From Zygnema circumcarinatum SAG 698-1b (taxonomy: Eukaryota > Plantae > Zygnematophyceae), in contig JBBHKD010000034.1 of the NCBI GenBank assembly GCA_037447605.1, positions 1 through 11,262 of the forward strand: a stretch of DNA of 11,262 bases, given 5' to 3'. The position numbers and the translations under genes are program-made. Positions within the stretch are counted from its first letter, which is position 1, and each line of letters opens with the position of its first letter. This document shows, one piece after another, positions 1 to 7,577 of this stretch. The notes beneath the pieces are model-generated. The model saw nothing but the letters and a program-made list of their open reading frames with translations, had not been told where the DNA came from and did not search any database.

Positions 1-141
1 AGGCTCGGCGGTGAGTGCATGGGCCATGTCAGTTGGTCGGTGGTGTTGGTCGTTGCGCTCGATGTACTATGCATAGCAAGAACGAAGTAGTTTATTTAGG
101 TTGTTTGAATAAGGTTGTTGCATGCATGGTCCCGCCGCGTG

Positions 142-162
142 TGACGTGACATGGTCACGTCA
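142..162 (+). promoter_or_regulatory. Inverted pair of TGACGT (bZIP/ACGT-core) motifs in the LTR
   Basis: TGACGTGAC-ATG-GTCACGTCA: perfect 9-bp arms with a 3-nt spacer, 11 bp upstream of TATATAA; also present in the inverted LTR copy. Confidence 0.45.
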
Positions 163-173
163 TAGCCCCATAC

Positions 174-180
174 TATATAA
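174..180 (+). promoter_or_regulatory. Putative TATA box of the LTR promoter
   Basis: TATATAA inside the LTR, about 390 bp before the PBS; conserved as TTATATA at 3730-3736. Confidence 0.6.
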
Positions 181-500
181 TGAGAGTGGGTGTGTAAGTT
201 AGTAACCTTCTTGATATGCATTGCAAGGCTATGGCAGTTTGAGGGCATGGCTTTGGCAGAGGAGATGGATTTTTGTGAGAGATCTCCGTGTGTGGAGGCT
301 GCCTCACGTGAAGGTGAAGTGATCATGTGGTGAAAGCTTGACTAGGCTTATGGGGGCTTGAGTTGGAAAGCTTCTAGTCATAAAGAAGATTCCCACTCGG
401 GAGACTTTGTCACATTTGTATTCCGCCTCTCGTGTTGTGTCTGCGCGTAAATGAAAAATAAGCTGCAGAGTCACTGGGGGACATCAGGAGGGAAGTTTCC

Positions 501-1088
501 ATGGACAGTGAAGAGGGAGAAAGGGTGGAAGGTGAATTTGCTTCTCATCCCTCTGCCCCAATCACAAGTGGTATCAGAGCCCATGGTGAAGAGGAGACTG
601 GGGCTAGTGTGAAGTTTAATGTCCCTGCATTTGATGGGACAGACTACAAGGGATGGAAGTGGCGGCTGACTCCCATACTTGAAGGGAAGGGACTTCTTGG
701 TCATGTGACTGGGAAAGTGAAGGCGCCGCCGGCTACATCCGTGGAGGAGCTTGCAAAGTGGAAGGCTCGTGACAACAAGGCCATCACTCAGATTGCAATG
801 AGTGTGAAGGGGACGCCTTCACACATGCTCTACGACCTGAGCACTTCACATGAGATGTGGAAGTGTTTGGAGGACATGTACGACGCAAAGGACAGCGTCA
901 CAGTGGTGCACCTGTACACGGAGCTCGGGAAGATGAAGATGAGCTTGGATGAGAAGATGACTGACTACATGGGGCGCTTTGACAGCCTCATGCAGCGCTT
1001 CGTGGTGATGGGCAAGGGTCTTGAGTCAGATCATAAGATCAGCCAGTTCTTGGTTGGTTTGCCCAGTCGCTTTGACGGCACATGCAGC
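501..1088 (+). CDS. gag: Copia Gag N-terminal/capsid region (UBN2 / Retrotran_gag_2-like), cut off by a gap
   Basis: Stop-free frame: VPAFDGTDYKGWKWRL...TSHEMWKCLEDMY...KMTDYMGRFDSL...FLVGLPSRFD. The start codon is uncertain. Confidence 0.88.
569..581 (+). other. Primer-binding site complementary to initiator tRNA-Met
   Basis: TGGTATCAGAGCC, 2-4 nt after the LTR end; this is the canonical plant-type iMet PBS. Confidence 0.95.
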
Positions 1089-1098
1089 NNNNNNNNNN

Positions 1099-1459
1099 TG
1101 CTTCACTTGTGGGAAGCCAGGTCACTACTCCAACGAGTGTCGTTCCGGCAAGGCGGCCCAAGTGAAGGGAGGGGACGCGAAGACGAAGTCGAGCAAGAAG
1201 GAGTTCACAGGCGCTTGCTTCAAGTGCAAGAAGAAGGGTCACAAGAGCATTGATTGCAGAAGTGCTCCTACTGATACAAACCTGATGTTTGCTGAGAAGG
1301 AGCATGTGGAGTTTGTGGGGAGAATGTGTGAAGGACCCGAGAAGCAGTGGCTCATTGATTCAGGGGCATCGACGCACATGTGTGCAGACTGGGGGTTGTT
1401 CTACGAGATGAGATTGCTCCAGGCCCCTCGTTCAGTTCAGTCAGCGACTGGTGATAAAG
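1099..1459 (+). CDS. Gag zinc knuckles (two CCHC) plus copia aspartic protease fragment
   Basis: CFTCGKPGHYSNEC (1099-1140), CFKCKKKGHKSIDC (1216-1257) and WLIDSGASTHM (1348-1380), all in one stop-free frame. Confidence 0.92.
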
Positions 1460-1471
1460 NNNNNNNNNNAT

Positions 1472-1954
1472 TCTGCATCATTCTCAGGTGACATGGACAT
1501 GATTGCTCATTGTTACATGGCCCATGCTGTTGAGCCCCAGACTTATGGTGAAGCTGTTGAGGGGCCAGATCAGATCAAGTGGCAGGAGGCCATTGAGGCC
1601 ATTGATAGTGAGTGGAACAGTCTGATTGAGAATCAGACTTGGCGCTTGGAGAAGCTCCCACCTGGGAGGCGTGCCATCGGCTACAAATGGGTCTTCAAGG
1701 TGAAGAGGAAGGCGGACGGCAGCATTGATAGGTACAAGGCGCGACTCGTGGCCAAGGGCTACAGTCAGAAGGTAGGAGTTGACTACACAGAGACCTTTGC
1801 TCCTGTGGTGAAGTTCAACTCCCTCCGCTCCCTCATTTTTATTGCAGCCGCAGAGGGGATGCATGTCCACCAGTTGGACATCAAGACTGCTTTCTTGTAT
1901 GGAGATCTTGATGAAGAGATATACATGGAGCAGCCAGAGGGGAAACGTGAGAAG
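1472..1954 (+). CDS. pol: Copia reverse transcriptase (RVT_2-type) N-terminal fragment
   Basis: EPQTYGEA, KWVFKVK, YKARLVAKGYSQKVGVDYTETFAPV, HQLDIKTAFLYGDLDEEIYMEQPEG; the fragment ends before the YVDD motif. Confidence 0.96.
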
Positions 1955-1965
1955 GNNNNNNNNNN

Positions 1966-2211
1966 GTGATCATGTGGTGAAAGCTTGACTAGGCTTATGG
2001 GGGCTTGAGTTGGAAAGCTTGTCATCATAAAGGAGTTTTAGGCTGGGAGCTTTCTCCTACGTTTTTCTATTCCGCCTCTTGTGTGTTGTGTATGCACATG
2101 AGTGAAAAATGAGTGAGAGTGCTGCGGGCACCAGGAGGGAAGTTTCCATGGACAGTGAAGAGGGAGAAAGGGTGGAAGGTGAATTTGCTTCTCATCCCTC
2201 TGCCCCAATCA
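1966..2211 (+). repeat. Partial copia LTR (3' part), probably a 3' or solo LTR
   Basis: Matches 319-564 and is followed by non-PBS sequence (CTGTTGCC). Confidence 0.9.
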
Positions 2212-2536
2212 CTGTTGCCAACCAACCAACGTACCAGCATTCGGTTGCACCTCTGCCGAGGGCTCTCTCCCTCTCTCTTCCTACTCTTTTCTTGATTCAG
2301 GCACTGAGTGCAGACTGGGTGAGATTCCGCGCACGACCGAGGAGAGATTAGCCCTGCGGTCCATTACATCCCCCCGCTAAAGCATTGTAGGTAGAGTCGG
2401 CGGCTGTCGCTATGCGCGCCAATCTTGATGTGAAATTCTTCGTGCTTGTAATGCTCGGTCATGACTTGTACAAGTTATTGCGGGTCTCGTACTCAGATGG
2501 TAGCATTTTTGTGGACATTGCAAACCGAGAAGAGGA

Positions 2537-2560
2537 GGGCAGGGGAGGGGAGGGGAGGGG
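2537..2560 (+). other. G-quadruplex-forming motif GGGC(AGGGG)4
   Basis: Five G-runs of 3-4 nt separated by 1-2 nt loops; duplicated at 4261-4284. Confidence 0.6.
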
Positions 2561-2572
2561 ATATCTCCTCCC

Positions 2573-2660
2573 GAAATATCCAAAGCAGGGGGAGTGGATA
2601 GCCAAAATGGAAGTGCGAAATTTCCCAAAATGGGGGCTGGGATATCCAAAAAGGGGGGAG
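2573..2660 (+). repeat. Degenerate ~22-bp tandem repeat, four units, with a 44-bp dimer structure
   Basis: CCAAA cores at 2580, 2602, 2625 and 2646, each preceded by GATA/AATA-like bases and followed by a G-run. Confidence 0.55.
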
Positions 2661-2711
2661 GGTCCATCATTCTTTGAAATTATTTGTACATATGTTCATG
2701 AACATTGGTTC

Positions 2712-2728
2712 AGGGTTTAGGGTTTGGG
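2712..2728 (+). repeat. Short plant-telomere-like stretch / telo-box
   Basis: AGGGTTTAGGGTTTGGG; contains TAGGGTTT, the reverse complement of the telo-box AAACCCTA. Confidence 0.4.
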
Positions 2729-3060
2729 TATTGATGCCCCCCTAAAAGTAGGAAGGCAGGGCCGTCTCCAAATAGGAGACGGGTGCACATTGAAGAGGAT
2801 ATTAGATGTGGCTTTTAACTTTCTTTCTTTATTTTTAAAAATTTCATTTTTTGTTGATGGCGTGGTTGCAAGAACATGGCGTCTCATGAACAACAACAAC
2901 ATTGGGCTGTGTTTGGAAGTTGGCATTTGTTGGTGCAAGGGGCCAGAGGGCAGACTCAATGAAAGGATAAATACATGCCCGGATGAAGCTCAAAAACTTT
3001 CTTCATCTTCCACTTGGGCCACATACCGCTTCCTCCACGATCTGCCTTCCATCCACCCCT

Positions 3061-3095
3061 GATCCATGATCCATGATCCATGATGTTCCATGATC
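3061..3095 (+). repeat. 7-bp tandem repeat (GATCCAT)3 plus degenerate units
   Basis: GATCCAT GATCCAT GATCCAT GATGTTCCAT GATC. Confidence 0.8.
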
Positions 3096-3341
3096 TCCTC
3101 ATGTGGAGCAACACACCGCCCATACAATGGTCGCCTCCATTCATCCACCACGTCAATCGAACACGAGGACTCACATGACAAATGATGCAGTAATAAAGAG
3201 AAAGCCCATGGCCATAAAACTCCTTAACCTTCAAGATTGTAATACAAGCTCTTTAGGAAATCTACATAATCCCTTATGCTAGATTTTCCTCCTCACATGA
3301 GCGCTATCCTATTCTCTAATAGATAGCTTACACCCCAAATG

Positions 3342-4108
3342 TGTGAGAGGGGCAGAGGGATGAGAAGCAAATTCACCTTCCACCCTTTCTCCCTCTTCAC
3401 TGTCCATGGAAACTTCCCTCCTGGTGCCCGCAGCACTCTCACTCATTTTTCACTCACGTGCATACACAACACACGAGAGGCGGAATAGAAAAACGTAGGA
3501 GAAAGCTCCCAGCCTAAAACTCCTTTATGATGACAAGCTTTCCAACTCAAGCCCCCATAAGCCTAGTCAAGCTTTCACCACATGATCACTTCACCTTCAC
3601 GTGAGGCAGCTCTCCACACACGGAGACTCCTCACAAAGGTCCACCTCCTCTTGCCAAAGCCATGCCCTCAAACTGCCATAGCCTTGCAATGCATATCAAG
3701 AAGGTTACTAACTTACACACCCACTCTCATTATATAGTATGGGGCTATGACGTGACCATGTCACGTCACACGCGGCGGGACCATGCATGCAACAACCTTA
3801 TTCAAACAACCTAAATAAACTACTTCGTGTCTTGCTATGCATAGTACATCCAGCCTGGCAACGTACCAACACCACCGCACTAACCCAGATGGCCATGTAC
3901 TCTACCGCCGAGCTGAACACCCCGCCGTCACCCACAAGGACTAACTTCCGTACTCAAAGTACGCTCCGCCGCCTCGACCGACTCCGCCGTCTTCCGCCGC
4001 CGCATCATTCCTCGATTCCGTACTCCAAGACCGATTCCTCGGAGCGGTACTGAATGTCGGACTCCTGGCCGTACTGTCCGTACTGTCCGTACTGTCGATT
4101 GTCCGTAC
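3342..4108 (-). repeat. Inverted copy of the copia LTR with no PBS after it (3' or solo LTR)
   Basis: Reverse complement matches 1-566 and 1966-2212. Homology to position 1 reaches about 3915; extension to 4108 is inferred. Confidence 0.85.
4069..4108 (+). repeat. 9-bp tandem repeat (CCGTACTGT)3 plus a degenerate fourth unit
   Basis: Units at 4069, 4078 and 4087, then CGATTGT CCGTAC. Confidence 0.85.
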
Positions 4109-4118
4109 NNNNNNNNNN

Positions 4119-5832
4119 AGTCGGCGGCTGTCGCTATGCGCGCCAATCTTGATGTGAAATTCTTCGTGCTTGTAATGCTCGGTCATGACTTGTACAAGTT
4201 ATTGCGGGTCTCGTACTCAGATGGTAGCATTTTTGTGGACATTGCAAACCGAGAAGAGGAGGGCAGGGGAGGGGAGGGGAGGGGATATCTCCTCCCGAAA
4301 TATCCAAAGCAGGGGGAGTGGATAGCCAAAATGGAAGTGCGAAATTTCCCAAAATGGGGGCTGGGATATCCAAAAAGGGGGGAGGGTCCATCATTCTTTG
4401 AAATTATTTGTACATATGTTCATGAACATTGGTTCAGGGTTTAGGGTTTGGGTATTGATGCCCCCCTAAAAGTAGGAAGGCAGGGCCGTCTCCAAATAGG
4501 AGACGGGTGCACATTGAAGAGGATATTAGATGTGGCTTTTAACTTTCTTTCTTTATTTTTAAAAATTTCATTTTTTGTTGATGGCGTGGTTGCAAGAACA
4601 TGGCGTCTCATGAACAACAACAACATTGGGCTGTGTTTGGAAGTTGGCATTTGTTGGTGCAAGGGGCCAGAGGGCAGACTCAATGAAAGGATAAATACAT
4701 GCCCGGATGAAGCTCAAAAACTTTCTTCATCTTCCACTTGGGCCACATACCGCTTCCTCCACGATCTGCCTTCCATCCACCCCTGATCCATGATCCATGA
4801 TCCATGATGTTCCATGATCTCCTCATGTGGAGCAACACACCGCCCATACAATGGTCGCCTCCATTCATCCACCACGTCAATCGAACACGAGGACTCACAT
4901 GACAAATGATGCAGTAATAAAGAGAAAGCCCATGGCCATAAAACTCCTTAACCTTCAAGATTGTAATACAAGCTCTTTAGGAAATCTACATAATCCCTTA
5001 TGCTAGATTTTCCTCCTCACATGAGCGCTATCCTATTCTCTAATAGATAGCTTACACCCCAAATGTGTGAGAGGGGCAGAGGGATGAGAAGCAAATTCAC
5101 CTTCCACCCTTTCTCCCTCTTCACTGTCCATGGAAACTTCCCTCCTGGTGCCCGCAGCACTCTCACTCATTTTTCACTCACGTGCATACACAACACACGA
5201 GAGGCGGAATAGAAAAACGTAGGAGAAAGCTCCCAGCCTAAAACTCCTTTATGATGACAAGCTTTCCAACTCAAGCCCCCATAAGCCTAGTCAAGCTTTC
5301 ACCACATGATCACTTCACCTTCACGTGAGGCAGCTCTCCACACACGGAGACTCCTCACAAAGGTCCACCTCCTCTTGCCAAAGCCATGCCCTCAAACTGC
5401 CATAGCCTTGCAATGCATATCAAGAAGGTTACTAACTTACACACCCACTCTCATTATATAGTATGGGGCTATGACGTGACCATGTCACGTCACACGCGGC
5501 GGGACCATGCATGCAACAACCTTATTCAAACAACCTAAATAAACTACTTCGTGTCTTGCTATGCATAGTACATCCAGCCTGGCAACGTACCAACACCACC
5601 GCACTAACCCAGATGGCCATGTACTCTACCGCCGAGCTGAACACCCCGCCGTCACCCACAAGGACTAACTTCCGTACTCAAAGTACGCTCCGCCGCCTCG
5701 ACCGACTCCGCCGTCTTCCGCCGCCGCATCATTCCTCGATTCCGTACTCCAAGACCGATTCCTCGGAGCGGTACTGAATGTCGGACTCCTGGCCGTACTG
5801 TCCGTACTGTCCGTACTGTCGATTGTCCGTAC
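4119..5832 (+). repeat. 1714-bp direct duplicate of 2395-4108 across a gap
   Basis: Constant offset of 1724. The ORF-track translations are identical, and I saw no mismatch in spot checks. Confidence 0.95.
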
Positions 5833-5833
5833 A
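5066..5833 (-). repeat. Duplicate inverted copia LTR, possibly full length (768 bp, TGT...ACA)
   Basis: On the minus strand it begins TGTACGG at 5833 and ends CTCACA at 5066. Confidence 0.6.
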
Positions 5834-5843
5834 NNNNNNNNNN

Positions 5844-6051
5844 AGGCCTCAATTTAGATAAAGGTTGTATTTTGGAAAGTCACCCCAGCCAGCGGTTGGC
5901 TGGGGATAGTCATCACAATGAAAGGATCTTCTCACTGAAATCTTTGTCTAGCTGGGCTGAATGGGACGTCTAAATGCTATCAGCAAGAGACTCTTTCTCT
6001 CTCTCTCTCTACATCTATGGCATGGAACTCTCTCTCTCTCACACTTAGCAT
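5844..6051. repeat. Terminal direct repeat, left copy (LTR candidate; may extend to about 6350)
   Basis: Matches 11042-11256. The first ~90 bp are identical, then indels and substitutions appear. Contains (CT)n tracts at 5991-6010 and 6028-6040. Confidence 0.85.
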
Positions 6052-6919
6052 GCATTCTTTGGGCGAAGGAAGAAAGAAAGAACAAGACAACAAACCACCA
6101 CCGGCAAATACAAATACTAAGCCCAGCACTAAAAAGACAAACAAGCGTCCTTGACATCCCATCTACTGCTGCCCGACAATAGATCTTGAGCCTTAGCGGT
6201 GAAAGCTGACCTCTGATTATTAACTGCCTTGGAGGCACGGCGGCTACGTGGAGACCTTTGGATAGGTCAACGAGATGATGTCGGCCTTGGGGTGTTCCCA
6301 GAATTGCGCCTTATTTGGATGGTGTCTTTATTCCGTGGGCCGCCAACACATGGCGCCGCCTTCTCGCATTCTCCGTCGGCAGCTCCTGGATTCCGCTGAT
6401 CCGTGACACGGAAGAGGCATATGTCAAGTACAATTGAACTGACGCAGATCCGTCGAACGCAGCTCCATTACGCTACATCTGTAGCACATGCCGGGGGGGG
6501 GAAAAACAAGCGCACGCCCCTGCGGGCGCAATGAAGAAGAGACAAAGGGCATGGAAGGAGCCAATGATGTAGCGAGCGGGGGCAGCGTGGCGGAGTGGGG
6601 CCGCCAGTTGGAGAAACGCATTACATTGTGATAGGGGAGTATCCGGGAGGGACCCGTGCTCGGAAGGCGGCCCATTTGTGAAATGTGGGCAGAAGAGGGG
6701 CAAAAGTGTGAGGAAGTCTGCGAGGGTGGCGTGAGGAATTAGAAATGGACCAATGAGGAGTCGTCATGGCGGTGGAGGGCGCGCCCGGTATCGTCAGCGA
6801 GCGATAAACCATCAGCGGGGAGGAGCGGCGGCGTGGCGGCCACGAATGTCGATCGATTGGGAGCGCCGGTAGAGGCGTTCCCACTAGAGTCGGGGCCCTC
6901 GAAATGATGATGGCCCAGC

Positions 6920-7577
6920 AGGGATCTCGGCGAACCCGACACAAATGAAGGGGCCCGACCCGCGGAAAGCCGGTGGAGTAGGTTTAGCTTAAGATTCACG
7001 AGCCAAATGGCGGCGTGGCGCCACGGTTAGGCGGGAAGCGGCAGCGTCGGCGCCTCCCAAAGTCGGTGAGTTATGCGCTGTGCGGCAGCGGTCCGAGGTA
7101 GTGGAGAGCCATGGAATCTAGGGTTTGGAAGCGGAGGCGAGGAGGCTGAAGGCGGGCGACCCCGATCCGGGGGCGGCGTCATGCGTGGAAAGGGCTGTGA
7201 AGAGAGGAGAGGTCAAAAGGAGAATCACGGGGAAGCTTACGGCCATAGAAGGCTTCGTAGGGAGAAAGCGATGGAGAGTGAACGGAAGGTATTGTTATGC
7301 GTGAAGACCGAGGGGAGGATGACCTCGCGCCCGGATCCGCCTCGGCTCGCGCGGCAGCGAACACTGCGCATCATGACGATGCGTATGAATGCGTTACACC
7401 CAAGCCCATTACACTTGCCGGGGAGTAGGGGCTAGAGGTGTAATTGAATGATCGCGGAAGTCACGCATGAGCTTGGCTTAAATGCCCCTTGTATTAGGTG
7501 CCATTGTCGAGTGGGCGGAGGTAGGGTAGAAATTGGCGGTGAATGATGGCCGTCGAGGAGGCAAGTGGATGGAATGC
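6920..7577 (-). pseudogene. Integrase catalytic core and GPY/F region, heavily frameshifted
   Basis: Motifs recovered by switching frames: DNGT (Asp at 7506-7508), TSSPYSP..NGL (~7400-7440), VHSPSLSPYEAFYGRK (~7230-7285), KL...HRLS..VGPF (~6945-6990). The catalytic Glu codon is not recoverable. Confidence 0.72.

Larger units (their letters stand above)
1..566 (+). repeat. 5' LTR of the copia element, left-truncated by the window; 3' end at 564 (..TCA) or 566 (..TCACA)
   Basis: 319-565 aligns to 1966-2212. The whole stretch aligns to the reverse complement of about 3342-3915. The PBS follows at 569. Confidence 0.9.
1..2211 (+). mobile_element. Ty1/copia LTR retrotransposon, fragmentary (LTR-PBS-gag // ZnK-protease // RT // LTR). 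Integrase, most of RT and RNase H are missing in gaps, and the pieces may come from different copies.
   Basis: Copia-type motifs in the expected order: gag FDGxxYxxW and LxGLP, WLIDSGASTHM protease, KARLVAKGY and LDIKTAFLYG RT. PBS follows the LTR, and LTR sequence recurs at 1966-2211. Confidence 0.93.

Noticed and set aside
63-66. TGTA as the 5' start of the copia LTR
   Set aside because: Homology with the inverted copy continues upstream to position 1, so the LTR starts outside the window.
1099-1253. C-terminal tail of the 250-aa ORF (LHLWEARSLLQ...)
   Set aside because: This is an artefact of reading through an arbitrary 10-N spacer; the real frame is the one with the zinc knuckles.
2762-2782. 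Hairpin CCGTCTCC-AAATA-GGAGACGG as a terminator or MITE
   Set aside because: Only an 8-bp stem, no U-tract, eukaryotic context, and no TSD.
2412-3234. Short ORFs of 60-112 aa in the inter-LTR spacer (and their duplicates) as genes or a copia RNase H
   Set aside because: No recognisable motifs; they overlap on both strands and translate simple repeats.
3787-4053. 88-aa ORF and the overlapping antisense ORFs as proteins
   Set aside because: They lie within LTR sequence and are explained by GC-rich repeats.
4069-4108. CRISPR-like array
   Set aside because: Contiguous 9-bp units with no spacers and no cas genes; the 7-bp and 22-bp repeats fail likewise.
6493-6506. G9A5 tract as the gypsy PPT
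   Set aside because: It is purine-rich on the strand opposite pol and not adjacent to any demonstrated repeat boundary.
6424-6900. Chromodomain or env gene downstream of integrase
   Set aside because: No YLVKW/TWEP-like pattern, no signal peptide and no convincing transmembrane organisation.
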